Made by a program: the position numbers and the translations under genes. A DNA stretch of 64,000 nt, taken from contig CAVQDZ010000001.1 in assembly GCA_963711405.1 (NCBI GenBank), forward strand, positions 176,722-240,721, written 5' to 3'. Source of the DNA: an uncultured Chloroflexia bacterium. GTDB taxonomy: Bacteria; Chloroflexota; Limnocylindria; Limnocylindrales; CSP1-4. Below, in pieces: positions 42,478 through 51,850 of this stretch (position 1 is the stretch's first letter; every line of letters starts with the position of its first letter). Under the pieces are notes generated by a model. The model saw only the letters and a program-made list of their open reading frames with translations. It did not search any database and was not told the origin of the DNA.

Positions 42478-42559
42478 GTGAGCTCCTTCACTGTCAGCCT
42501 CGAGGTGACCCCCCCAAGGAGGCCCGATCCTACACGTCGGATGCGGCATGAGACGGCCG

Positions 42560-43123
42560 CTATGTGGGCGCTTCGTCGCCTTCTCGACGCAGCAAGATTC
42601 CCAGGTACTCCTTCCACGGCCCGACCTGCGCGTCGCGCGCGCCCGCCAGCGCGGCAAAGATCTGGGCGATGTGGTTCAGGTCGTGCACGGTCCACGTCGA
42701 GATCAGCTCACCCAGCGTCACCTCGCCCAGCTCCGGATGCAGGCCGCGCCGATCCATAACGCCGTCGTCCTCGTCGACCAGCTCGCGCATGCGCTCGATG
42801 CTGTCTGCGCGAAGCTCGGCGAAGCGGTCGAGCAGCTGGTGCAGCGTGGCGTCCCGGTCGCGCTCGACGTGAGCAAAGCGATCAAACGGATCGAACGCAA
42901 CCGACGTCCCGTCGTTCAGGATCCGCTCCGCGCGCGGGATCCAGTCGTCCAGCTCGGCAGAGATCAGGTGGCCGACCACGTCCTGCGCGGTCCAGCCGTC
43001 GGGCGTGTCGCGCGCCGTCAGCCACGACTCGGGCAGGCCCGCCAGCAGCTCGTGCAGGACGCGCGGCGTGCGCTCGAGCAGGGCCATTGATTCCTCGAAC
43101 GGCGGCTGCTGCGTGGCTGGCAT
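42560..43123 (-). CDS. DinB_2 / mycothiol-dependent maleylpyruvate isomerase N-terminal-like family protein
   Basis: Start taken at ATG 43123 (MPATQQPPFEESMALLERTP...). TAQDVVGHLISAELD..TVHDLNHIAQI carries the His motifs of the DinB fold. Confidence 0.55.
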   Translation of the reverse strand: MPATQQPPFEESMALLERTPRVLHELLAGLPESWLTARDTPDGWTAQDVVGHLISAELDDWIPRAERILNDGTSVAFDPFDRFAHVERDRDATLHQLLDRFAELRADSIERMRELVDEDDGVMDRRGLHPELGEVTLGELISTWTVHDLNHIAQIFAALAGARDAQVGPWKEYLGILLRREGDEAPT

Positions 43124-43937
43124 GGAAGCGATGTTAAATCTGCGCATGAACGATCTCGACAGGAGCGGGTACAGGCTGATCATCGACGAGCGTTTCGACA
43201 AGGCGGGACTCGATGAGAGTCTGTGGCTGCCGCACCACCTGCCGCACTGGTCGTCGCGCGTCGAGTCGGCCGCGCGTTACCGGCTACCGGGCTCTGGCCT
43301 GGAGCTATTGATCGAAGCTGACCAGCGGCCCTGGTATCCCGATGGCGATCGCTTCACGCGCGTGTCGACGCTGCAGACGGGCGAGTTCGCCGGCGAACCT
43401 GGCAGCGCCGCTGGCCAGCACCGCTTCAAGCCAGAGCTGCGCGTGCGCGAGACGCAGCGCAACGTCGCGCTGTTCACGCCCCGGTACGGCCTCTTCGAGT
43501 GCCGCGCGAGTGCCATCGCAGATCCGGCCAACATGGTCGCGCTGTGGATGATCGGCTACGAGGACGAGCCCGAGCGTTCCGCTGAGATCTGCATCTTCGA
43601 GGTCTTCGGGCGCCACGTCACGAGCGACGAGGCGCGCGTCGGCATGGGCGTCCATCCGCACTTCGACCCGAATATCCGCGATGACTTCAGTCGCGAGACA
43701 GTGGCTATCGACGCGCGTGAGCCGCACACCTATGCGGCCCGTTGGACGCCGGCGGACGTGTCCTTCTACGTCGACGAGCAGCTGGTTAAGGTCTGCGACC
43801 AGTCACCCGACTACCCGATGCAGCTGATGCTGTCGGTCTTTGAGTTTCCCGACGGCCCCGAGCCGGCCTCGCCGCCCGACGCCTATCCGAAGGTCTTCCG
43901 CGTTGACTGGTTGCGCGCCTGGGAGCCCACCGGCTGA
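43122..43937 (+). CDS. concanavalin A-like glucanase superfamily protein (GH16-like)
   Basis: SAEICIFEVFG aligns with the GH16 E-x-D-x-x-E motif (E-I-D-I-M-E), but Cys replaces the helper Asp. No signal peptide. Start uncertain (43122, 43131 or 43146). Confidence 0.45.
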   Translation: MEAMLNLRMNDLDRSGYRLIIDERFDKAGLDESLWLPHHLPHWSSRVESAARYRLPGSGLELLIEADQRPWYPDGDRFTRVSTLQTGEFAGEPGSAAGQHRFKPELRVRETQRNVALFTPRYGLFECRASAIADPANMVALWMIGYEDEPERSAEICIFEVFGRHVTSDEARVGMGVHPHFDPNIRDDFSRETVAIDAREPHTYAARWTPADVSFYVDEQLVKVCDQSPDYPMQLMLSVFEFPDGPEPASPPDAYPKVFRVDWLRAWEPTG

Positions 43938-44079
43938 CGTTGATCACCGGCTGAGGTACCTGCCTGCTTGGTACTAGTTTCCAGCCGCAAACGGGAACGT
44001 TCGGCGCTCCGGTCCGCTCGATACCAGTGAACGCCCGCAACTATGGGCAGAGGGTAAGGAGCAGGGTAGGAACGCATAC

Positions 44080-44829
44080 ATGAAGCATCCATCGGTCATG
44101 AACGTACTTCGCGTCGCAGTCGCGGCTGGCGCGCTGGTCGGCGCTCTGGCGACACCCGCGCTCGTTGGCGCGGCTAACCGTGACTCAGACCGCGACGGGT
44201 TAACCAACTCGTTCGAGCGCAACTGGAGTCACACCAACCCGTTGAAGCGCGACTCTGACCACGATGGCCTCCCCGACGGCCGGGAGAATCCCGACCACGA
44301 CGGGTTGACGAACAAGCAAGAGCAGACCCTCGCTGACAACCCGCTCGACGCCGACTCGAACAACAACGGCGTTGTCGACGGCCAGGAGGACGAGGACCAC
44401 GACGGCCTCGACGATCAGGGCGAGTTCGAATCGCATACCAACCCAGAAGATGCCGACTCGAACAATGATGGCGTCGACGACGGGCAGGCAGATCAGGACT
44501 GCGACAGCGTTGATAACAGCAACGAGGTCGACACGGGTCTGAATCCGCGCGACGCGGACACCAATAACGACGGCGTACCCGACGGCCAGGAGGACTCCGA
44601 CGGCGACGGCGTCGACAACGCCGACGAACAGGACAACGGCACTGACCTGGAGGACGACGATACGGACGCCGACGGTCAGACAGACGGCGAAGACGACGAC
44701 GCCAACGGCGACGGCGAGGACGATTCAAACGAAGACAACCAGGACGAGCAGGATCCCGGCTGCGAAGACGACCAGGGCGGCGACGACCAGGTTTCAGTCG
44801 CGATCGTTGGCTTCGCCCTCAGTTTCTGA
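44080..44829 (+). CDS. secreted acidic protein with thrombospondin type-3-like calcium-binding repeats
   Basis: RBS aaggag. Signal peptide MKHPSVMNVLRVAVAAGALVGALATPALVGA. About 10 DxDxDGxxDxxE-type repeats (DSDRDGLTN, DSDHDGLPDGRE, DADSNNNGVVDGQE...). Very low pI. Confidence 0.65.
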   Translation: MKHPSVMNVLRVAVAAGALVGALATPALVGAANRDSDRDGLTNSFERNWSHTNPLKRDSDHDGLPDGRENPDHDGLTNKQEQTLADNPLDADSNNNGVVDGQEDEDHDGLDDQGEFESHTNPEDADSNNDGVDDGQADQDCDSVDNSNEVDTGLNPRDADTNNDGVPDGQEDSDGDGVDNADEQDNGTDLEDDDTDADGQTDGEDDDANGDGEDDSNEDNQDEQDPGCEDDQGGDDQVSVAIVGFALSF

Positions 44830-44865
44830 TCACAACCCCACGTAGGGTTCCCGCACACTCACGGA

Positions 44866-44901
44866 CTGCAGGGTCGGCGACGACCCTGCTTCCGTGTTTT
44901 G
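44866..44901 (+). terminator. intrinsic terminator-like hairpin after the TSP3-repeat gene
   Basis: gcagggtcg-gcga-cgaccctgc forms a 9-bp perfect stem, followed by ttccgtgttttg. Confidence 0.5.
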
Positions 44902-44998
44902 CGCGTCACGACGCGGCACGCGTGACGGCTGCGTGGGACCTTCGGCTGCGTGCCGGGGCAGGTCGGCGTGATAGCCGGTCCGGTGCCTGGCCGCCAGC

Positions 44999-45595
44999 AT
45001 GGCCGCTACCAAACCCACCAAGGCAGCCCAAGCCCCAGTGACACTTAGTCCGCGTTCCGATCGAGAGCTCGTCGACGCCGTCCTGAACGGCGACGCCGAC
45101 GCCTTTCGAGTGCTCGTGGACCGTGAGTCGCACACCGTCGTGGCCATTTGCTCGTCCGTGCTGCGCGACCCAGACGAGGCCCAGGACGTCGCCCAGGACG
45201 CCTTCGTGCAGGCATACCGGTCGCTCGCCGGCTACCGCGGTGACGGCGCATTTGGCGCCTGGATCGGCCGTATCGCGACGCGCATGGCCGGCCAACGCGC
45301 GGCGGAGCGGCGTCGGAATGCGCTCCCGGAACTGCCCTATGGATTCGACTCGCCCGACGGGCGCGACGGTCCGGAGCTTCAGCTGATGAGTCTCGAGCAC
45401 TCCGACGCGCTCCGTACGGCGATCAACGAGCTGCCGCCGGACCAACGCGAAGTGGTGACGATGCGCTTCTACGGCGACATGCCCATCGACGAGATCGCTC
45501 TGCGCACCCACACGCCAACGGGCACGGTCAAGTCGCGCTTGCATCGTGGTCTGGCGCGGCTGCGTGATCAGAAAGACCTGAGGTCGGTCTCGTGA
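44999..45595 (+). CDS. ECF RNA polymerase sigma factor (sigma-70 regions 2 and 4)
   Basis: 198 aa. DAFRVLVDRESHTVVAICSSVLRDPDEAQDVAQDAFVQAYRSL is region 2. VVTMRFYGDMPIDEIALRTHTPTGTVKSRLHRGL is region 4. Confidence 0.8.
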   Translation: MAATKPTKAAQAPVTLSPRSDRELVDAVLNGDADAFRVLVDRESHTVVAICSSVLRDPDEAQDVAQDAFVQAYRSLAGYRGDGAFGAWIGRIATRMAGQRAAERRRNALPELPYGFDSPDGRDGPELQLMSLEHSDALRTAINELPPDQREVVTMRFYGDMPIDEIALRTHTPTGTVKSRLHRGLARLRDQKDLRSVS

Positions 45596-46499
45596 GCGCC
45601 GTCTACTTCGATCCGCGCGCCTTCTCTGACAAGGTCATGACGCGCGTCGCACTTGAGCCAGTGCCGTCAGTGGGCGGTGCGCTGCGTCATGCCGCGCGGA
45701 CGCGCAACGTTGCTCTGGCGACGGGCGCGGCATGGACGGCATGGCACCTCGCTGCAAAGCCGGCACTCGCCGTTCGTCCGCGGCTGCGGATCAAGTCGGC
45801 CATGCTGCTCGCGGTGCTGATGCTCGTCCTCGCGATGGGCACCACGCTCGCCGCGGCGGGCACCGTCGTCGTCGTGCAGAACGTCATCCAGCGCTTCAAC
45901 GGTCCGGCCGTGGTTGTGCCACTGCCGACCAATTCGCCGCCGCCTTCCTTTGGAGCCCCGGCCGTCCAAGCGGGCTCAACCTTTGCAGCGCCAACCGGCT
46001 CCGTTTCGAGCGATGTGCCCAGCGCCGCGCCGCCGACCGAGCGGCCGGCTGGCGGCGACCCGCCGGCCGGCGTGACACCCGCGCCCACCGATGACGGCGG
46101 TCACCAGCCCCAGCCGAGCTCCGCCGCGGCGAGCCCGCAGCCGACGAATGCGCCCGGGCCTCGCTCGCAGCCCTCGGCCAAGCCCAGCGCCGCGCCCACG
46201 GCGGCACCGTCAGCGACCGCGACGGACGACGGCAATCAGGGCGACGATGGCGGCGACGACGGCGACGACAGGGCGATCAGGCGACGCAGACCCCCGGCAA
46301 CGGTGACGATGGCGATGGCGGCGACGATCAGGGCGACCAGGCGACGCAGACCCCCGGCAACGGTGACGATGGCGACGGCGTCGACGACCACGGCGGCACC
46401 GGCGACGATCAGGGCGCTCAGGCCACGGCGACGCCTTCAGACAACGGCGACGGCGACTCAGGCGACGACAACGGCGATGAGGGCGGCCACGGCCACTAG
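45592..46499 (+). CDS. putative anti-sigma factor-like membrane protein with Pro-rich and Asp/Gly-rich repeat C-terminus; frameshift near 46268 inside a tandem repeat
   Basis: ATGA start/stop overlap with the sigma gene. A single TM lies at LLAVLMLVLAMGTTLAAAG. It is followed by a Pro/Ala/Ser-rich region, then DDGNQGDDGGDDGDD | QGDQATQTPGNGDDGDGGDD x2 ...GDEGGHGH* in the corrected frame. The ORF-track frame reads through to 46590. Confidence 0.45.
46262..46380 (+). repeat. 60-bp (20-codon) perfect tandem direct repeat inside the anti-sigma-like gene
   Basis: caggcgacgcagacccccggcaacggtgacgatggcga recurs with a 60-nt period (46278 and 46338). The first unit differs by a 1-nt deletion (gacgacaggg vs gacgatcaggg). 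That deletion is the frameshift point. Confidence 0.6.
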
Positions 46500-46534
46500 C
46501 GCGTCGCGCGGGGCTTGGCGCGATACTTCTGGCA

Positions 46535-46966
46535 ATGTCACTAGCGCTCAGCGCGGCGGGCTCGCCGCCAATCTCGTTCCACGACGATAGCTCCGACTAC
46601 CGCGCGGGTGCGTGCAACATCGGCCCGGCGGAGATCACGCGCAGGTGGCGCTTCGGCCATGCCGCGCTCATCTTCGCGATTGCGCTCTACGCGCTGCTCG
46701 TGATCGTCGGCGCACCACCGCTGTCGCGGTTCATCGTCGCGCTGCCGGCGGCCGTGGCGATCGCCTGCTACATCGAGGCGGCGCTCAAGTTCTGCATCCG
46801 CTTTGGCTGGCTGGGCATGTTCAACTTCGGCGCATTCGGCTCGACCCAACAGGTCGCGGACAGCGTCGCGCGCTCGACCGATCGCCGACGTGCCTTGCGG
46901 TTGTCGGCGGCGCTGCTCGTCATCTGCATCGCCATAGGGATCGTCGCCGTCCTGTTGCCCGTCTAG
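46535..46966 (+). CDS. hypothetical membrane protein (4 TM)
   Basis: 143-aa ORF with hydrophobic helices (ALIFAIALYALLVIVGAPPL..., LLVICIAIGIVAVLL). Confidence 0.4.
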   Translation: MSLALSAAGSPPISFHDDSSDYRAGACNIGPAEITRRWRFGHAALIFAIALYALLVIVGAPPLSRFIVALPAAVAIACYIEAALKFCIRFGWLGMFNFGAFGSTQQVADSVARSTDRRRALRLSAALLVICIAIGIVAVLLPV

Positions 46967-46975
46967 ATCGAGCGC

Positions 46976-48101
46976 ATGACGCCGCGCGTCACCTGGCCGC
47001 AGGCGCTCGCGTGGCGCATGGAGCGGCAGCTGATCGAGCCGCTCGGCACTCTTTCCGCGGTCGACGTTGTCCGGCGTTTGTGCGGAGTCCAGGCGCAGGT
47101 CGCTTCGTCGGCGGAGCTCGCGGTGCGCCTGCGCCAGGCCAGGCCCCGGGCCAACGAGGTCGGCGACGCGCTTGCCGACGGACGGCTCGTCAAGACGTGG
47201 GCGAACCGCGGCACGCTGCACCTGCTAGCCGGCCGACGGGGCAGGTCCGTATCTGTCCTTGCAGGCGGCCGGGCGATCGTGGGAATCACCCGCCTGGCAG
47301 CGCTGGTTCGGGATCACGGCCGCTCAGATCGAAGGGCTGCGCGACGTCGTCAAGGACATCCTCGATGGCAAGGTTCTGACGCGCGAGGAGGTCAACGCTC
47401 AGATCGTCACGCGACCCGGCTACGAGCATCTGGCGAGCCACCTGAGCTCCGGCTGGGGCACGCTGTTCAAGCCGCTCGCCTGGCAGGGTGACATCTGTTT
47501 CGGGCCTAACCGCGGGACGCGTGTGACCTTTGCCCGACCGGAGCAGCTGACGCCGCACTGGCGGCCGCTGCCGGATCCTGACGAAGCGGCCCCGATCGTG
47601 ATCAGCAACTACCTGTCTGCGTACGGCCCGGCCGGCCCCGCCCAGGTCCGCGCTTGGCTCGCTCGCGGCCGGATATCAGGCAAGCAGCTCAAGCATTGGT
47701 TCGCGCTGCTCGACGACACGATTACGAAGGTGGACGTCGACGGCGAGGAATTGTGGGTGCGCACGCAGGACACCGACTCTCTCCTGGCAGCCACGCCGAA
47801 GACGACGGTTCGCCTGCTGGGAGGTTTCGACCAGTGGGTGCTCGGGCCGGGCACCGACGATCCGCACGTGATTCCAGCCGGACGACGAGCCGCGGTCAGC
47901 CGGACGGCGGGCTGGATCGCGCCGCTGGTAGTTGCGGCCGGCGTAGTGCGCGGCACGTGGTCGCTCGATGGCGACCGCGTCGCCGTCGACTGGTTCGCCG
48001 ATTCGGGCCGGCTACCGCGCGCCGCGCTTGGAAAGGAGGTTGAGCGATTGTCCGGGTTGCTCGGCCGAAGTCTGTCTGTTGAGACTCGCCCGCCGACCTA
48101 G
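46976..48101 (+). CDS. winged-helix DNA-binding domain protein (YcaQ / DUF1006-like), with a frameshift near 47240
   Basis: ORF 46976..47491 is the N-terminal part (LVKTWANRGTLHLLAG). It continues in ORF 47259..48101. Confidence 0.55.
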
Positions 48102-48595
48102 GCCGGGACGGCGCTCAGCTCCCTGGCGATCGAATCAGACCAGGTCTTGATCTCTTCCCACGGCCGATAGTCGCCCCACGGTGAATGGACCATGCGCACG
48201 ACGGCGCGCTCTGTCCAGCCCAGGTCGTCCTTGTCGAGCTTGCCCGCGAAGAGGCGGTGTTCGCGCCCGTGAATCAACTTGAGCAGGCTCTCGCCGTCCG
48301 CGGAATTGGCCGGGTCGGCCTTGTCCGTGATTGGGCCGCTCGAGAAGAGCCACACCGGCCGCGTGCCCAGAACATCCGCGTTGGCATCGACGAAGTCGCG
48401 CGCCTGACCCAACCAGCGGCCCATGTATACGGCGCTGCCGACCACGAAGGCGTCATACATGCCGATCTTCGAGCCGATCAGAGCGATGGGCATCTCGTCG
48501 ACCTCGATATCGTCGGCGCGCAGCTGAGCGGCGATCGCGCGGGCGATGCCGTCCGTGGCACCGTGTTTGGACGCGGCGCTTACAAGAACTTTCAT
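48098..48595 (-). CDS. flavodoxin-like fold family protein
   Basis: MKVLVSAASKHGATDGIARAIAAQL...FVVGSAVYMGRW matches the flavodoxin-like pattern. Confidence 0.55.
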   Translation of the reverse strand: MKVLVSAASKHGATDGIARAIAAQLRADDIEVDEMPIALIGSKIGMYDAFVVGSAVYMGRWLGQARDFVDANADVLGTRPVWLFSSGPITDKADPANSADGESLLKLIHGREHRLFAGKLDKDDLGWTERAVVRMVHSPWGDYRPWEEIKTWSDSIARELSAVPA

Positions 48596-48779
48596 TGCAC
48601 AACCTCCTAGGGCCCTGATCGTGGCGCCGGGCGGCGTTGCGCGGACAGTGCCAAACGGTGGTCAGCCGCCGAGCCGTTTGGGCCTGAGTCCCGTGGGCCG
48701 CGTCGTGACGCATAGCAGAAGGCGGCGGCGGTCTTGCGACCGCCGCCGCCGTACGGGCAGCGAGATTGGGGTGGACGGG

Positions 48780-50222
48780 CTAGTCGGCAATGACCCTTGC
48801 GAATTCCGTTCCGGGCTCGCCGTAGACATCGCCCTGCTCGTCGATGACCTGGCCCACGACCCGGTTCGGGATGAACAGGGCGACGACGGCCGCGACGGCG
48901 ACCACGGCCGCACCGACCCAGACGGCAGGAACGAGCCCGTCAACGTAGGCCTGCGGGTTGAAGTACGAGCCGTTGGCCGTGAACACGGCCGCGAGCACGG
49001 CGACACCGAACACGCCGCCAACCTCGCGGATGGCGTTGTTGGCACCGGATGCCTTGCCTTCCTCGTCACGGCGCACGGCCGACAGGACGACGTTGGCGAT
49101 GGGCGCGAAGAACATGCCCATGCCCGCGCCGCTGATGATGAACGGCAGGATGAAGGCCGAGTACGGCGCGGTCGGCGTGACGATCGCGGCCAGCCAGGCG
49201 AGGCCGATTGACATAAGTGCCAGCCCCGCGACAACGATCGGTCGCGCGCCAATGCGGCTGCTCAGAACGCCGGCGATGGGAGCGACGAAGGCGGGCATGA
49301 TCGTCCACGGCAGGACGCGCAGCCCAGCCTCGAACGGGTTCATGCCCTGGACCACCTGGAAGAACTGGGCGAGCAGGAAGATCGAGCCGAACATGCCGAA
49401 GTACATCAGCAGTGATGCGACATTGGCCGTGGTGAAACCGCGGCTGCGGAATAGGTGCAGCGGCAGCATGGGCGACTTGGTGCGGCCCTCCCAGAGCACG
49501 AAGCCCACGAGCAGCGCCGCACCAATGGCATAGCCGGCGAGCGTCTGCGGATTCGTCCAGCCCAGGTCGTTGCCGTGGATGGTCGACCACACCAGACCCA
49601 GTAGGCCAAAGCTCACCAGGGCGAGGCCGGGCACGTCGAGTCGGCCCTCTGGACCGTAGGTCTCTTCGAGTCTGAAGTAGGCCAGGATCGCGGCGATGAT
49701 GCCGACGGGCACGTTGAGCCAGAAGATCCAGTGCCAGTTCACGCCCTGCGCGATGGCGCCGCCGACGACCGGACCGATCGCGATGGCCAGGCCGCCGATA
49801 CCGCCCCAGGCGCCCAGCGCGAGCGGTCGGCGCTCGGCGGAAACGGCGGCGGACAGGATCGTCAGCGTCAGTGGCGTGACGATGGCCCCGCCCACGCCCT
49901 GCGTGGCGCGAGCCAGGATGAGCACGCTGCTGCTCGGAGCGAGCGCCGCGGCCGCCGAGCCGATGGTGAAGATGACGACGCCGACGATGAACATCCGTCG
50001 CCGGCCGAAGCGGTCGCCGAGCGCGGCGCCGGTCAGGAGCAACACGGCAAAGGTCAGCGTGTAGGCGTTGACCATCCATTCCAGGTCCTGGAGGCTCGCA
50101 CCCAGGTCGGCGCGAATGACCGGGAGGGCGGTCGTAACGACGAGGTTGTCGAGCGCGACCATGAACAACGCGATCGACGTGATCGCGAAAGTCCACGCAG
50201 TAGTTGAGCGGTTCCGCAGCAT
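48780..50222 (-). CDS. MFS transporter, DHA2 (14-TM drug:H+ antiporter, EmrB/QacA-like)
   Basis: 480 aa, intact. LDNLVVTTALPVIRADLGAS, GALGDRFGRRRMF and 14 predicted TMs. Confidence 0.85.
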   Translation of the reverse strand: MLRNRSTTAWTFAITSIALFMVALDNLVVTTALPVIRADLGASLQDLEWMVNAYTLTFAVLLLTGAALGDRFGRRRMFIVGVVIFTIGSAAAALAPSSSVLILARATQGVGGAIVTPLTLTILSAAVSAERRPLALGAWGGIGGLAIAIGPVVGGAIAQGVNWHWIFWLNVPVGIIAAILAYFRLEETYGPEGRLDVPGLALVSFGLLGLVWSTIHGNDLGWTNPQTLAGYAIGAALLVGFVLWEGRTKSPMLPLHLFRSRGFTTANVASLLMYFGMFGSIFLLAQFFQVVQGMNPFEAGLRVLPWTIMPAFVAPIAGVLSSRIGARPIVVAGLALMSIGLAWLAAIVTPTAPYSAFILPFIISGAGMGMFFAPIANVVLSAVRRDEEGKASGANNAIREVGGVFGVAVLAAVFTANGSYFNPQAYVDGLVPAVWVGAAVVAVAAVVALFIPNRVVGQVIDEQGDVYGEPGTEFARVIAD

Positions 50223-50242
50223 GGCTTGTTTCCTCGGTGGTC

Positions 50243-50262
50243 CTTACTTATCGGTCACTAAG
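50243..50262. promoter_or_regulatory. AT-rich imperfect palindrome CTTACTTatcggtcACTAAG in the TetR-MFS spacer; candidate TetR operator
   Basis: It shares the CTTA(C/G)T / ACTAAG arms with the perfect palindrome at 50861-50876. Both lie in short AT-richer islands flanking the TetR gene. Confidence 0.3.
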
Positions 50263-50295
50263 AACGGTGGGCAAAAAAGGGGTCGGTCAGTCCAG

Positions 50296-50850
50296 TCAGA
50301 AGCCGCCCCTCGCGAACTTCGCTTCGATCTCCGGGTTGAGCCCACCAACGGCCGCCGCAACGGTCATCAGCATGCCCTCCGAAAACCAGTGGTGGATGGC
50401 CTCCGCATCGGCGCCGGAGACGCGCGCGACAGAGTCGTACAACGCCGTCCATTCCTCGCGCACGACACGCTGAATTTCCAGGTCGTCGCACGCGGCGTAG
50501 GCCTGGAGCTGGAGTCGGAGCATGTCCCGATCGGCGAGCAGGTCGCAGTAGGCCTGGCCCATCGCCTGCAGGAGAAACACGGGATCATCGGATGTCCTGT
50601 GCGCTTCGCGCGCGACCATCTCGAACCGGGTCGTCACGCGGTGGAAGCACTCGCGGATGGCCGCGATGAACATGTCGCGCTTGGTGCCGAAGAGCTGGAA
50701 CAGATACGGCTGCGACACGCCTACACGCTTGGCGATGTCCTGGGTTGAGGTGCCGGCATAGCCGCGCGCGGCGAACTCCTGCGTGGCGGCGGCCACGACC
50801 GCCTCCTTGCGCTCCTCCGCCGTCTGTCTGACTGCCGTTGCCGCGTTCAT
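50296..50850 (-). CDS. TetR/AcrR family transcriptional regulator
   Basis: N-terminal HTH EFAARGYAGTSTQDIAKRVGVSQPYLFQLFGTKRDMF. 184 aa. Confidence 0.85.
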   Translation of the reverse strand: MNAATAVRQTAEERKEAVVAAATQEFAARGYAGTSTQDIAKRVGVSQPYLFQLFGTKRDMFIAAIRECFHRVTTRFEMVAREAHRTSDDPVFLLQAMGQAYCDLLADRDMLRLQLQAYAACDDLEIQRVVREEWTALYDSVARVSGADAEAIHHWFSEGMLMTVAAAVGGLNPEIEAKFARGGF

Positions 50851-50860
50851 CGGGCGGATC

Positions 50861-50876
50861 TTAGTGAGTACTAAGT
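50861..50876. promoter_or_regulatory. perfect palindrome CTTAGT-gagt-ACTAAG upstream of the TetR gene; candidate autoregulatory operator
   Basis: cttagtgagtactaag lies 11 bp upstream of the TetR start codon (minus strand), in the divergent spacer to the VOC gene. Confidence 0.3.
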
Positions 50877-50947
50877 AAGTATGTCAACCACCGACTGGAC
50901 CAAGCCTGTACGGTGGCTCATACCAGCAAGACAGTGAGGAGTCAGCC

Positions 50948-51331
50948 GTGAACTTCAACAGCATCCTGATCGGGTCGGACAATGCCGAGCGCCTGACCGA
51001 GTACTACACCAAGGTGCTTGGTGCGCCAATGATGAGCGAGCAGGGCTACACGACGTGGGTCATCGGCAACGGCGCCATCACCGTCGCGGCGCACTCAGAG
51101 GTGCACGGCTCGAACGACCAGCCCGGGCGCTTCATCTGGAACATCGAGAGCACTGACGTCCAGGGCGACTTCGACCGTATGCACGCCGCGGGCGCAATCG
51201 TTGTCCGCGCGCCATACAAGTTCGAAGAGATGGCGGACGCCTGGATCGCCACGCTCGCCGACCCGGACGGCAACTACTTCCAGCTCACCACGCCATTCGA
51301 TCCGTCGCAGATGGGCGGCGGCGCGGGCTAG
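50948..51331 (+). CDS. VOC (glyoxalase fold) family protein
   Basis: 127 aa. MNFNSILIGSDNAERLTEYYTKVLG...ADPDGNYFQL. Confidence 0.6.
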   Translation: MNFNSILIGSDNAERLTEYYTKVLGAPMMSEQGYTTWVIGNGAITVAAHSEVHGSNDQPGRFIWNIESTDVQGDFDRMHAAGAIVVRAPYKFEEMADAWIATLADPDGNYFQLTTPFDPSQMGGGAG

Positions 51332-51828
51332 CTTGGGGAGAGTTCGGCGGGATCGCCCACCAGCTCGAAAACTGGGTGCGACTGCGCCGCAGAGATTGGG
51401 TCGCTGACCATCTCCGGCGCGGCCGCGCGCACAAAGAACCGGCTGAAAACCCGCAAGTAGAGCGGCAGGTGGGTGATGCCCACCGGCAGGTCGTGGCTGA
51501 AGAAGCGCTCGCGTTCGTCAAGGGACAGCTCGCGCGCGTGAACCGTTTCGCGTCGCCGGCCGTGGCGGATCTCCATGTCCGGGGTCGCGCGCAGGTTGCG
51601 GCACCAGTTGGTATCGCCGAAGGTGCCGATCAACCACCTGCGGCCATCGCTCGCGAAGATGGCCAGAGGTTGTGTGCGCGGCTCGCCACTTACCCGGCCG
51701 CGGACCGTGACGAGGACGTTCGGCCCCATGGGCACGCCCCACTCAAGGAGCTTGTTGACCATCGGGCCGGGCATGCGGATAAGGCCCGGAGCCCGAGATG
51801 GCGGAGCTTGAACATTTGTATGCATCAA
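51328..51828 (-). CDS. deazaflavin (F420)-dependent nitroreductase family protein (DUF385, Ddn-like)
   Basis: LLEWGVPMGPNVLVTVRGRVSGEPRTQPLAIFASDGRRWLIGTFGDTNWCRNL follows the DUF385 pattern. Confidence 0.6.
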   Translation of the reverse strand: MMHTNVQAPPSRAPGLIRMPGPMVNKLLEWGVPMGPNVLVTVRGRVSGEPRTQPLAIFASDGRRWLIGTFGDTNWCRNLRATPDMEIRHGRRRETVHARELSLDERERFFSHDLPVGITHLPLYLRVFSRFFVRAAAPEMVSDPISAAQSHPVFELVGDPAELSPS

Positions 51829-51850
51829 TCGGTCACCTCAGTGGCTTTGG

